Positions 13,601 to 24,959 of a stretch of 64,000 nucleotides of DNA are shown piece after piece. Numbering within the stretch: position 1 is the stretch's first letter; each line of letters opens with the position of its first letter. The notes beneath the pieces were generated by a model that was given only the letters and a program-made list of their open reading frames with translations, had not been told where the DNA came from and did no database searches. Source of the DNA: Balanoglossus misakiensis (lineage: Eukaryota; Animalia; Hemichordata); assembly GCA_040954595.2 (NCBI GenBank), contig CM082577.2, positions 17,687,500 through 17,751,499 of the forward strand, written 5' to 3'. Both the position numbers and the translations under genes were made by a program.

Positions 13601-16600
13601 ACATTGATCCGTTGCTGCTGGAGTCCGTGTTGTCTCTTCTTGTTGGCGGCTGATAACAGTTGCCGCATCTGGAACATCTTGACAAGTTCCCTCTGGTCTT
13701 CGTACCAACTCATAAAGACCTGCAGACCGTTGATTGCATCAGACACAGATACGGCCGGTTTCTCTGGGGGTTGGTTTTCTTTATCAGCAGCGCTGTCTTC
13801 GGAGTTGTCTTCTGGCTCTCTGACAATGTTCACAATGTCGTCATCTGTTAAAGTTTCGGCCGCCACGCTGTCATCTTTGGCTACCCATTCTTCGATATCG
13901 GCAGAATTCTCGTCACAAAGTCCCAGATCTTGGCAACTTGTTACAATTTCTTCTGTGACCTCCTTGCCTTGAACAGTGTGCTGATCCTCGTTACCATGGC
14001 TACCAAGCCGGAGCGCGTTGTACCAGCAGGCCTGAATGATTCAACATGCTTCCACGCCTCAGCGACCATAAACAGGGCATCCTTCACTGTGAACGATCGG
14101 ACGATGTTGGATAACCCGCTGTTGTCATTAGACTCCTCGATGACGGCCCTCAGCATGTTGCGACGATAGACTTTCTTCACGGTAGCTATGATGCCCTGAT
14201 CGAGGTGTTGTAGAACTGAAGTCATATTTGACGGCAATGATTTCACCATCGGAGAATTCCAACTGGCACCCCTTCTGACCATGTGAACCGGCGTTGTCCA
14301 CAAGCAGAAGTGCACGCTACGGAAGCCCAAGAGCGGAAAGATGGGATCGAACTTCGGGGATGAACTCTTCATGGAACCACGATGAAAACAGGGCATAGGT
14401 CATCCATGCTTTCGACTGATGTTTGTATTTCACAGGAAAGGATTTCGTGTCGCAGTTCTTAAGGAGCAACGGGGGTTGGCGCATGGCATGAGGGTCAATG
14501 CACACAAGAGGCAGTTTGTGTGACCCGGTTGCATTCACACACAGGAAAAGTGTAATGCGGTCCTTCTGCGTCTTGTGGCCCGATGCTTGCTTCTGTAGCT
14601 AGGGTTTTGTCAGGCAGGGCCCACCAAAACAAACTGGTTGCGTTGGCGTTGTAGACTTGGTCAAGTTTGTACTGGCCATCTCATATGATTGTCTGTATTT
14701 TCTCCCGATATTGTTCCACAGCCATTTCGTCAACTGTAATCTGTTCGCCCTGAACTGTCAGCTGTCTGATGCTGTGACGTTTCTTGAAGCGTTGCAACCA
14801 ACCAGTCGACACGGTGTGGTCTGCGGGGTTTGGACTGTTGTTGCCGTGAAGTTTGTGGTGAAGGGTGGCTGCTTTTTCCTGTAGCATGGGGCCTGATATT
14901 GGCACACCCTTGTTGCGCTGTTGGCTGAACCACACGAAGGCGGCTTCATCGAGCTGCTTATCCTTGGCTGGCTTCATCGATTTTCGTTTCATTGCGTCAC
15001 TATTGTCACTGTGGTCGATAGAATTCTCGATGGAAGATCGCACCTTCTTGATATCGGAAACAGTTGCTTTACCGATGTTGAACTCTTGAGCGAGCTTTGA
15101 TGCTTTCTCTCCCCGGTCAAGTCGTTGTAAAATTTCTTTCTTCTGCTCGATTGTCAGAGGAGTACGTTTTCTCTTCATGGACATACTGGTAGACATTGCA
15201 TTGGCGAATAACTGGAGTGCTGTTGTGTCTCGGCAATGTGTTTGTGATGAAATCAACGAAAGCAATGAAAACTTTTCTGGACCTTTTATCATTAGTGTTG
15301 ATGTCAATCATTCAGTATGTGAAATTACGTTTCTGAATGTAGTGTATGATCAAAGGTAAACCAAACGTATTTGTCACATGTTCACCATGCGAGTGTGAAC
15401 TGTCTACCCATTCATAAACAATAGAATGGTACTATGTCAGCCAGCGATGATTGCAGTCGTTAATTGATTGCAGTCGTTAATTGATTAAAACAATAAATGA
15501 AGCCCTGTTTTTACAATTTTTTTGTCAAAGAAAACTGCCCCTTTTATTTAAAAAAAAAACCAGAACAGAATCAAAAGAGAGCGCAACTGATGTGATCCTT
15601 TGGATATCTCCATTGTTTTCCCGTCAAACAACAGACGAGACAGTTTGGTCGCTTAGGTTGGAACTGAGACTAGATGTTCGGATAATCGGCATTCGGATAA
15701 TCGGCGTTCTACTGTATTAACAAGAACAGTGTTCCATACACATATACAATGTACATGTAATGTTGATGAGCTGAAAACTGACCATTTGTGATAGTGCAGG
15801 GAGGAAAACAAGAAAATATAGTTTATTCATAAAAACAAAAGTTATACAGTCACCTTTAATTTACATACTGGTATGTCTTTATGTGGTAAAAAGGGTGTGT
15901 GTAAGCGTTTGAATTGACTGACCATGCCATTACCTTTACAGATAATTTGCATGGTCTACATAAAATTAACAAAAACAGCATGACTTGTACTTCTTGTGAC
16001 CAAATATTCTATTTGCTGAGCGACTGTATCTTGAGGAGCCAATTGCACACATCCATGGTCAGACTGGTGTCAAACTTTTATTACACTATGTCTGAATGAC
16101 AGAATGTGTGAAGATGTCCTTCCATCAAAGCTTTCACGATAACAGTGATGTACATTCAATCTTCAGCGTGTGAATTTGGCCACTATGATTCAACCTTCTC
16201 CAAATTTTATCCTTATTTCATGCAGTTTGCAGGCCTTCTGTTTCCTTCAAATGTAATTTATACAAACATCGCTAAAATCTAATTATTTGGTTAGTATGAT
16301 GCAATGACACTATGATTTTGATCCTTACAGATTTGATAGCTTACGTACATCAGTGAATTCACTGCCAGCCGAACAGCCAAAGATGTCAATAGCTGCATCT
16401 ATCGATGGTATTCCAAGATCCACCACATCTGACAGTAGACCAACAACAAGTCGGTGTAGTGTGTAAGTTTTTCTTTTACCAGTTTTTTCCAAGTTAAAAT
16501 TCAATTAGCTGTAACTTGTCGCTATGTTTTCAGTATTTTTGTTTTGTGAGTCCACTGCACCATCTTGTTCGAATTCTCGAAACAAGATGAAATGCCTAGC

Positions 16601-17348
16601 ATTTAGCTTATCATATATGTGTTTAGTCAGCATTGTTATTGTGCAAAAATTGTATTCATGTCCTGGCTATAATTAATTTGTCAAAAACAATGGTCGTTGC
16701 ACACATACAGGCTATGTTGACAAATGGAGTGCTGGGTAAATCAGCACGCTGTTTGGAGTAGAGCAAGAAAATGGCATTTTGAAACACAAAACAAAAATAC
16801 TGACTCTAAAGCCAAAAGTTACAGCTAATTTCCCTATAATTAGTGCTGATATACATGCATGTATATCAGCACTTCAAATTATTTGTATAGCTACTGCACT
16901 TTAGTCAGCTTTGAATTTTTGGAGCCATTTTTACTGTGTTGTAAATTTGTCTATACCTTTTGCCCCTGACTTAGATATCACACAAACTGATAACATACAA
17001 ATTGACCTTTAAAAAAGTTGAAGTACATTTTGAAAAGTGTTGGGTCATTTTTCTATGTATTTGCTAAAAAAAATTTTTACTCCTTTTACCGGGAAAGCTT
17101 TACATGCGCGATACTTGTATTGGGTTTCTCAGAATGACATGATGTATGGAATAGTTGAACTTGGATGCATGGCATCAGAGATACTAGTTGTCATAAATAT
17201 GTTAGAATCTTGTTTTCAAAATGTAAATGTGACATTTCACCATATTTTGATGGCTCAGTTTCAGTTTGAGATAAATGGTAATTTTGTTTGTCTTTGCAGG
17301 AGGTCAAGAATACAAGATGCCCAAGATTTTGCTTCACACCATTTCTGA
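1562..17348 (+). CDS. Multi-exon leucine-rich repeat protein (SDS22/PPP1R7-like LRRs, LRRcap, C-terminal tail); 5'-incomplete, 11 exons
   Basis: Exons 1562-1614, 2188-2330, 2955-3041, 4218-4289, 6272-6333, 6790-6913, 8588-8670, 10000-10115, 13069-13150, 16331-16462, 17300-17348 have canonical splice sites with compatible phases. They join into one ORF: CKELCNLLLQHNKVRSIGKGLSNLRKLKVLRLDNNQL...LVELFVSGNPF...YHQELHRLLPNLEILDG (LRRcap)...RPMSVST...RSRIQDAQDFASHHF*. Confidence 0.9.
2188..2330 (+). CDS. LRR gene exon (GKGLSNLRKLKVLRLDNNQL...RIDNLT)
   Basis: ctgcag| and |gtaagt; two LRRs. Confidence 0.92.
2955..3041 (+). CDS. LRR gene exon (SLNCLQCLEELYACENRL...)
   Basis: ttgcag| and |gttggt; phase 0/0; LRR motif. 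Confidence 0.9.
4218..4289 (+). CDS. LRR gene exon (LQEIDLSDNKLTDISGLKGLPNIT)
   Basis: ttacag| and |gtgagt; 72-nt single-LRR exon. Confidence 0.92.
4476..5738. mobile_element. Non-autonomous DNA transposon with long (~200 bp) imperfect terminal inverted repeats, intronic
   Basis: Left arm gttatctctaaaattgtaacaacgtcacaa...gtacgtgcgtgttgagagag mirrors the right arm at ~5535-5738; GC-richer than flanks; no TSD identified. Confidence 0.8.
6272..6333 (+). CDS. LRR gene exon (TLNVSNNCLTNESLKAVGKL)
   Basis: poly-T gcag| and |gtaagt; too short for the ORF track. Confidence 0.88.
6790..6913 (+). CDS. LRR gene exon (SLEDLNISCNLI...LQVLDITSNKI...)
   Basis: taccag| and |gtgagt; two LRRs. Confidence 0.92.
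7512..8203. mobile_element. TTAA-flanked MITE (Kolobok-type purine-purine termini)
   Basis: ttaa-ggtggcattgcatgaaa ... tttcgtgcaataccacc-ttaa. Confidence 0.75.
8588..8670 (+). CDS. LRR gene exon (CCLSQMPVLVELFVSGNPF...)
   Basis: gcatag| and |gtaaga; final LRR with GNPF. Confidence 0.88.
8845..9768. mobile_element. Poly-G/C-rich non-autonomous element (PIF/Harbinger-like end)
   Basis: Ends ...aaaactgaacggtccc-taa; internal ttttgagtccacaaaa blocks shared with 18520-18870 and 56075-56816; left boundary approximate. Confidence 0.55.
10000..10115 (+). CDS. LRR gene exon with LRRcap (YHQELHRLLPNLEILDG)
   Basis: acctag| and |gtaact; LRRcap consensus Y...LP.L..LDG. Confidence 0.9.
10344..11253. 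mobile_element. Non-autonomous TIR element with CACT termini, flanked by TA
   Basis: ta-cactatctctgccagtactcg ... cgagtactggcagagggagtg-ta. Confidence 0.75.
12060..12585. mobile_element. Dispersed MITE with TTAA left end; partial copies at ~19000-19120 and ~46560-46820
   Basis: Shared tatggcc(g/a)ccacc.tgggaaaatgcaaaaa...cataaacaaaacat.atctcatc...ctcatggaagta sequence. Confidence 0.65.
13069..13150 (+). CDS. LRR gene exon (VSSRQVENQIRSTVQDMLAFENSLAS)
   Basis: tttcag| and |gtgagt; phases match neighbours. Confidence 0.8.
13573..15716 (-). mobile_element. Degenerate pogo/Tigger DNA transposon (CENP-B-type HTH plus DDE transposase, frameshifted)
   Basis: MKRKRTPLTIEQKKEIL...LDEAAFVWFSQQRNKGVPISGPMLQEKA...GWLQRFKKRH; NATGSHKLPL; LVDNAGSH; QHLDQGII; tail LQQQRINVFF. 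One TIR TA-cagtagaacgccgattatccgaa at 15716-15673. Lies in an LRR gene intron. Confidence 0.93.
16331..16462 (+). CDS. LRR gene exon (FDSLRTSVNSLP...SRPTTSRCS)
   Basis: ttacag| and |gtaagt; open frame, phase 2/2. Confidence 0.8.
16494..16838. mobile_element. MITE, same family as 52742-53093
   Basis: attagctgtaact..tcgctatgttttc ... tacagctaat; collinear similarity to 52742-53093. Confidence 0.7.
17300..17348 (+). CDS. LRR gene last coding exon (RSRIQDAQDFASHHF*)
   Basis: ttgcag|, phase matches, TGA at 17346-17348. Confidence 0.8.
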
Positions 17349-17687
17349 AGGTGTCTTGACAAATGTGCAATTGTAATATTGTAAATATGTATATATGTAC
17401 CTTAGCTGATATTTCCACAGCACTATTTCTTGGGTGTTTTATCAGTTGACAAGTTTTTAGATCACTCTAGCAGTGTGACCATGTGGAAAATAATATCTGA
17501 ATTCTGTCAGAGAGATGGTCACATTATCAACACTGTTTCCATGTTTAAAGCGCCATTGTTTTTGGGTGAAATCTTTAATGCTCATTGCCTTGTGTTCAGT
17601 GATTGTATTGTTTTCTTTTCAATAATGAACTGCATAAAATTGACAGAATAGGGTCAACATCTCGGCATACACTCTCCAAATGTCAAG

Positions 17688-18036
17688 TTAAAGCTCCATA
17701 GGCTGCCAGGTTTTGCATTATTTTCATGATTTTTCTTTCAAACTTAGATTGGTCCTTCTAGAAAAGCTTACTGATAGGTATACATGACCATCTTAGCAAC
17801 ATCTGATTGTTGCTGCACATTGTAATTTGAACAAGCTATTTATTAAATGGGTGCTGCACCCATTTAATTGGCCTCCATAGGAAGAGTATTGTGGTATGCA
17901 TTGCTAAGAGATGACAACCTGATGCAAATACAGGAAATAGAACTCAATGGGGATGATTTTAAAGGAAAACAGAGAAGACTCAAGTGTTGTATTATTGAAA
18001 AAAATATGTGAAAATTGGCAGTTCATGGGACTTTAA
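17688..18036. mobile_element. TTAA-flanked MITE
   Basis: ttaa-agctccataggctgcca ... tggcagttcatgggact-ttaa. Confidence 0.55.
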
Positions 18037-18196
18037 CTGATGTGTAGATTTGTGCTTTTGTAATATATGGGGACTTTAAAAATGGTTCAGGGAAGTTCAG
18101 CAAAACGTTTTTCCATATTTGAGTATTTTGGCTTTCCACCTGTTGGGAACCCCAATACCAGCTTGATGGATCCATAAAAAGGTATGTGTATGTATG

Positions 18197-18400
18197 GGGA
18201 ATCGTGGCATAGTTGTCAGGGTGCCGGACTCACAATTGAAGGGTTGTGAGTTCGATTCCCAGACCCAGACATGGCTGTGGATTTTCTGTCGGAGAATAGA
18301 AACTTCATGGCCAGATTGTGCCATTGAATAAGGCACTGGGGGGGAAGGGGGGGGGGAGAGACTGGCTCTGTATAGGTGATTTGCACCTGTTCCAGTCATC
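18197..18400 (+). mobile_element. tRNA-derived SINE fragment
   Basis: A-box-like tggcatagttg and B-box-like gagttcgattcc at tRNA spacing, followed by a non-tRNA body. Confidence 0.55.
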
Positions 18401-20199
18401 CTATCCTAAGGAGACATGCTTTGGATGAAGTTTGTAAAATAAAATATATAAAATGTAATTGCATTTTGTTTTTTGGACTTTAGTTTTTACGGCCTTGGGG
18501 GCCGGCAAAATCCTGTGGGTGGGGGCGCTTAAATTTTGGAATCCAAAGGGGGGGGGGTCATCTTTTTTTTCAAAACGTTTAGGGGAGTCACATACTCCCC
18601 CCCCCCCCCCAACTTTAGGGACTAAAATTGCTTTTGAGTCCACAAAAATGCGGTTTCGAGCCCTTTATTTTACACCCCCTCCCACACCCAACCCCTTCAT
18701 TCTTCACCGGATTTCATTTATTGGCTGGTTTATCTAGTGTAACCAGAGCAGAGTACTTGCTCCCCCCCCCCCCCACCGATGCTAACTTTGAGTGGCAAAA
18801 GTAAAATTTGTACTCCCCAACATTGTTCAGTTACCCACACCCTCAGCAGTAAAAACTGAACAGTCGGTTCTGAGTCACACTTTGCAGCTCTGAATAGTGC
18901 CAGTGAGCATTGGAATTTAAGCCATATTTCGTGAAAAAGACATGCAACTTTCACCCCCTTAAGTGATAATTATCATGAAATTGATTTTCAAACTTTACTA
19001 ACATTAGCTAATACAGATGTATGCTCTGAACTCTATTCAAGTATTACTGACAAGTATGAGTGCATATGCAAGAAGTTTTGCCGCAAAGGAATATGGTCAC
19101 CAACGTGAGAAAATGCATAATACAGTTGTGCCGGTTCGTCGTTAAAACTTGTCGTCTGCGTAGCGAATGCACGGAAAACTTATTTTGTGGGGATTAACAT
19201 GTACACGAAACACGGTTCGTCCACAGGGGCACAGGATCAGTAGTGGAAAAATGAATAAAAACAGTTATATTATTATAATGAATAAAAAATGGAAGATATT
19301 AATAATAATAATTATTATTATTATCAAAAAATATATCACGACCTAATAAGACAGTACTCGACGATGTGCAGTATTTCAAGTTGTTCCCTTCGATGTCCAC
19401 TTTGTTCCTTACCAAATGGGGGCGCTGTGCTACTCTACTTTTGGGAGTACATGTATAGCGCGTGTCTACATGTGCGCTAGGAACAAGTGTGCGCTTGTGA
19501 ACGCAGGGAGTCAGTTTGTATTAACTGAATTCATCACCAACGACGAATTTATCCTTTTTTGCGTGACTAGTGTCGTTATCAACGTCTTTCATGTCGATTC
19601 TGAGTTCACACAAATATTGATATGTTAATCGATGTAACTTATCATTCCTGATGGAATATTGTGAAAGCCATCAACGCCACATGCATAGAAATTGCATTCA
19701 AGTGGAAGCCAAATTACTAAAGATAATGTCCAGGAAAGAACGCAGAACTATCTCCATGCATGAAAAGATGATCATTCGACTATAGGGATTGGTGTATCCA
19801 GAAAAAGTAAGACAAATGTAGAAAAAAATTATGTGGATTCTAATTTATCCGAGAAGATCACCAGGTGTCATTTAGAAGAGATGCAAGTTCGACAGTATGC
19901 ACAGCGTGTAAGAGAAGAAGAAATCGCATATCACAGAAGACAGCTTCAAGATTAATATGCTCGTCGTGAACGAGTTGATGAAGAGTTGTAGAAAGATCTT
20001 GAACGTGTTAGCGCTGCAGAACAGAACGTACAAAAAACATCAATTACTTGAAGACGAGATAGATGTTGAACTTGGACTACAGCCACCACAACCGCCGAAT
20101 GGTCGCGGATGTGAGGCCATGCCACCGTCCGGGTAGTGTTGTCCTTTGTGGTTTGAAAGCGTTGCGACTTACCAGTTTTTGGTAGCTTCCCAGACATGA

Positions 20200-21000
20200 C
20201 AAAGTTCGGTAGATACTGACAATCCTTCTCATCTTCATCGCTATCCCCATCAAGGATTTAAATCGTTCTTTTTACTGGCAGTGTTAGTTGTTCTAACGGA
20301 ATGTTGTTGCTTTGTGACAGCATATGGACATCAGTTTCAACAGTGTCATCAATAGGCAAGTCAGCTGTTTCATATGCAATGGCTTCATTAGCATTGTTGT
20401 TGTTTTACATTTTGAAACAGGTGCGGTGGTTGTCTGTTCACGTGTAGTGTGTTGAATATTGCGATCGATCTCTTTTGTTACATTATCGATTATTTCATCT
20501 AGCACCGTTGATTCTGTCGGCGAGTCTGACGATATTACGTCATTGCGGTCAACATTTTGACCAGGACTTTTATCGGGATGAGTGGAGTTTTGGTCAGAAT
20601 TACTCAACTGTTCATTCTTGCTGTTGGGCAATTCCTTCGAATATGCCGGACTGCCACACTGAAAACTTTACAAATGCTCATAAAGCCAAACATTTGAAAT
20701 AAAAGGTGGAACGTTTGAAATAGTAAATCTAGTAGCTGGTTGAATCATCTGTGTCGGTTTCAAACAGATCGTTGATCTGAACGCCTGTAGTACATACCTG
20801 TGTGACTTGAGATACTGTCTTCAGGAAAACCACGACAGATGTATTCCTTCTAGAGGCTTCTAAAACATCCCCAGGGTTAACAATTTTCGCACCGCAACAC
20901 TTTCCACATAATTATCTAGATATTCCATCTATGTTATCAAACCTCAAGCTATTTTTTCACGGAAAGCTTAGAAATGGTTCAGTCTGTAACCCCCTCCGAA
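20200..21000 (-). mobile_element. Tx1/L1-clade non-LTR retrotransposon ORF1 relic
   Basis: Minus-strand translation EASRRNTSVVVFLKTVSQVTQVCTTGVQINDLF...PATRFTISNVPPFISN fits the Tx1 ORF1p pattern (ASR...VVVFL...ISNVPPFI), followed by a low-complexity ORF1 tail (20293-20631); frameshifted. Confidence 0.78.
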
Positions 21001-22039
21001 TCCAAGGTGGGTGTCGCGGCAGCCATATTAGTATGGCTAACCAGCCCACCGAATAGAAGAAATATCTACAACAATTGCTGAAGAGCAAGCCAAAAACGAA
21101 CGAGAAACTAGCGCACACGAAAGATAGGCACAAAACAATCACAATGAACCGAGATTCGAAGATAAATACTCACAGTGCCAGGAAAAAACGGGGATGGTGC
21201 GGTGGAGGGCGGGAGGGAGGGAATATGGATAGGTATGATTGCAACATATTGAGTGTCAATATTTCGACAAAATATTCCCAATATCTCAATGTTTATGTAA
21301 TACTGGCACCATTCTCTTCCAGTCTGGGTTCGATAATTCGTAAAGGTTGTGAATGTGACAGAAGTTACAACAGTTAAATGTATGATGAAAGTCCGGTATA
21401 ACCCCAAATGAGGCCAATATTATATTGTATTTCACTTGTTAAGCGATAATAGATAAACGACGTGATAACATATTAATAACAGTCATACTTGATACAAACC
21501 AATATATAACACTAGATCAACAGATATTTATTGTTTAACCACGGGATGACATTATGTTTTTCCTATGCTAAGAGTTTCAAGTAAGTTATGGGACGTTCGC
21601 ACAGGAGCCATGGAGAATACAATAATCCAGGTACCTAATATGAAGATATTGAAGTGAAAATATTGCATAAATTATTCTGGATTGTAGGTCATCCAATTGC
21701 TCTATACCGCATCAACTTCAGCATATTTTGCCTTTGCATGATACGTCCTTATATCTTATTATTAGTTTATTCTAAGTTTATAATACTTGAAGATACAATT
21801 GTCTAAAGTTTCATTTCATTTGTTAAAATCGACATCGTCTTCACATTTATATCGTAAACTGCATAGATTAATTCGGAGTACATAATTGATACCTCTGTAG
21901 CTAATATATGGTGCGCACAGAGACTATACAACTTATAATTATACGTTCTTCGGAAAGTAATTAATAAATATAAAACATAGAACCCTGAGCTCAACCGCCA
22001 GACATGTTAAATGTAAATATATCGTTTGCACAAAACATA

Positions 22040-22225
22040 AGCATGACCTATTCTGCGTTTGACATTACACGTGTCATGTAACACGTGCTATGTTTCACAC
22101 GACATGCTAACCAGGAGATGCTACGCATAGCATTTAACACACGCATGCTGCACATGTTATTTTACACTTGCATCACATAGGCTATGTTACACATAGCATA
22201 TATTACACTACACAGGCTACACAAG
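22040..22225. repeat. Degenerate low-complexity acacatg/catgcta repeat
   Basis: Repeated acac/catg/gcta units with short palindromes. Confidence 0.45.
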
Positions 22226-22497
22226 ATCGGAACATAAATGGAAGACAAACGTATTCGGTAAATATTCCATAAGGCGCCCGCGAAGCAATTGTAACACTTT
22301 TTTCTGTAAATGATACCACCTTATAAAATACACCTGCCACTGAAGTTTAATATACAAAACATAAAAAGCAATTTAAAAGAATTTGTATAAATTCAACAAA
22401 AGTCTTATTTTATCAAGTTGCATTTAATTTGGTAGGATGATTTGAATGTTTCTTCTTTACTTTTAAATAAGTTTAGTAAGAACATGTGTTGTATGGG

Positions 22498-22785
22498 TCA
22501 TGGTTCGTCTTCGATGATGTCCTCATTCCCATGAAGCGTCTGCACTTGCTCTTGTAGCTGGTTGGTATCCATATATTTGTAATTTATGCAAGATACAATC
22601 ATAGCAAAGACGAGGCAAACTCCGAACAAACACATGCATCCATATGCAATGTAACGCAAGAAGTCCAAACTGCCGAAGTCAATGGCAAGCCAGAAGGAGA
22701 GTAGCATGATTGTCATGGTAATGAAAACGGAGGTCAAAGCCCAGGAACATCTAACTAATGTTTGTAGCAGACTCATGGTCCACAT
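22498..22785 (-). CDS. Small two-TM membrane protein A (95 aa), CDS in one exon
   Basis: Two hydrophobic helices (WALTSVFITMTIMLLSFWLAI; YIAYGCMCLFGVCLVFAMIVSCI) and an acidic tail; acceptor ttttgtttttag| opens the exon at 23057; candidate upstream non-coding exon 24192-24117. Confidence 0.65.
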   Translation of the reverse strand: MWTMSLLQTLVRCSWALTSVFITMTIMLLSFWLAIDFGSLDFLRYIAYGCMCLFGVCLVFAMIVSCINYKYMDTNQLQEQVQTLHGNEDIIEDEP

Positions 22786-24116
22786 GAGAGTTTCTCAGCA
22801 CAGATGGTTCTTCCTTCAGTCACCTATGCATGTGTAACTGTACATAACTTCACCAGTGTGAGCGGTTGTTTCCAATCATCCTTTCTGCAAATCTTTTGAA
22901 CTTCCGCATTTTTGTTCAGATTCAATCCAAGAAAAAAACTACATCTAACGATCTTCTCATAGGTGGATCACATTTTAGATATATACAGTAAGTCGGTTTG
23001 AAGGCTCAAAAGTATAAATCAGACAATGTTTCCACCTCTTTACGATGTAAACACCACCTAAAAACAAAAACAAAGGGTGTAGTGAATGGAAGAGTTGTGA
23101 GTCGGGATAATGTATACCAGATAATTTGCACTACAGTTTGAGCAAGAGGCAGACTGTTCGGGTGATATATTGATATTACAGCTAATATAGATCTACTTCA
23201 AAGATAGGAACACTGAAAACAGTTGATGTATGTCTCATTAATAGGATAAGCTTAAAAGAAGTTTAAAAAGTAAAACGGAGACGGCATTCGAAAAAACAGG
23301 TTCATGTCATAAGAGGTATGTGCAATTAGGCTGATTAGGATGATACTAATTATACGTATTCTTAACAAACAATAACTTTAGTATGCTTGGGTTCATTCCA
23401 TAGTTTTTTAACACGGTGGAAAAAATTACCATCAATGTAAGGACGTCTATGACTACTGATTGGGCTGTGCTTCTTTGCTTGTTGACCTCTTTCTGTACAC
23501 ATGCAAGGCAGACTTTATCGAGACTTTAGACGGACAGAAGCAATTTGCAGCTAAATCTTCCAACTTAACATTCATATACATTAATTTTATTTCTCCGATC
23601 AGACCAATATCACAGAAACCATAGAACCTGCTTCTTCTGCATCATATCCAAATACTTCCCTTTATTTCATTATCATGGTAACATTTCTACCAAACTGAAT
23701 GACAAGCGAGGTGATTTCAACTTCACTACCGGCACTAAACCACTAAACTCAAGAGCAATATTTCCTCTCACCAACTGTAGATAATACATTGTACAGTTTA
23801 TTCGTTAGGAAAGATCATGTGGTTCATATGGTGATTTTTTAAGGACGACACAGCAATCTATCTTACAAACATAATAAATCAAAGTAAGAAATGCAGAAAT
23901 GGATGTTTCCACATTCAGGCTATAAGCAAGGAGGCAAGTCCAATATATGTATTAAACAAATTATATGTGACACTTACGAGTGTGACATCATTCTATTTTA
24001 AGTTACATATTAGTTAAAGGCGGATGTCACGTTTGGGCAGGATGCGCTTACTATTTTGAAAACACCTGACATTACTTCTCGGTCTTCGGTTCTTATATCT
24101 TTCTTCATTAACTTAC

Positions 24117-24192
24117 CTTTCTTCTGTGTGTTCTGTTGGTTGTATTTCCTAGATTCGGCTGTATTGTTTTGTGTTTGTCTTTGTAACTGGCC
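24117..24192 (-). other. Candidate 5'UTR exon of gene A
   Basis: atttacag| acceptor and AAG|gtaagt donor; no ATG inside. Confidence 0.5.
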
Positions 24193-24494
24193 CTGTAAAT
24201 GTAATATTTGACATGTGATTTGTGAAATATGAATGGACATATTACCCTTATTCATTATAACATTACCATATAACAGCCTATCGTATTGAAGGAATGAACG
24301 CGAATATATTAATTCAGTATGCGTAAAGATGGTGGAAACATCATACATAATTGTACATCTGGCACCGATAACAATACAATTTGGCGTGCACTAAAAAAGC
24401 CTTACGGAACTACGTACGGAACAGGTGGTAAACACGCCTACCGTTACAAGGCGCCCAAACACCGTGTAATACGTAGCACTGTTAATGCGGACTA

Positions 24495-24668
24495 GAGTGA
24501 AAAACTCGCCAAAATGAATAATCGGTGTTTAGCATTTTAATATTCATTTTGGCCAGATTTTTACTCTCATATCGTGTAAACGGGATGGAAGTTGCTTGTG
24601 GTTGAACATTGATTCACTATATATCCACATGTAGAATAACATAAACGATGTCTTGTATTATACAAAGT
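24495..24668. repeat. Partial copy of the fold-back MITE at 37052-37406
   Basis: aaaactc.ccaaaatgaataa...gggatggaagttg...tcactatatatccacatgtagaataac shared. Confidence 0.75.
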
Positions 24669-24682
24669 GATATACTATTAAG

Positions 24683-24953
24683 TGTCGTTTACATCGTACA
24701 ATTAAGCCCACGCTTAGTCACAATGTCCTCTAATGGTGCCATGTATAAACCGTAAAGATTTGGTGCAAAGACTGAACCCTGAATGACATCTCATACCAGG
24801 GACTGTGCCTCCAACACCATTGCCTCTCACATACAGACCGACTGCACATGACCCTGCAAATACGCCTTGAACCAATCGAATACAGTTCCAGAAGTGTCAA
24901 ATATGTAATGCAATCTGCGAATCAAAATATTTTGGTCAATTGTGCGGAAGGCG
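24683..24953 (-). mobile_element. L2/CR1-group LINE reverse transcriptase relic
   Basis: AFRTIDQNILIRRL...GTVFDWFKAYLQGHVQSV...QGSVFAPNLYGLYMAPLEDIVTKRGL with in-frame stops. Confidence 0.82.
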
Positions 24954-24959
24954 ATCAGC

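Noticed and set aside
18197-18270. Functional tRNA gene
   Set aside because: A/B boxes present but no convincing acceptor stem or terminator; better explained as a SINE head
21000-21250. U2 snRNA or other target site next to the Tx1 relic
   Set aside because: No recognisable snRNA, tRNA or rRNA target sequence
22786-22960. N-terminal extension of protein A by TGA readthrough or selenocysteine
   Set aside because: Two in-frame TGA stops close together and no SECIS evidence
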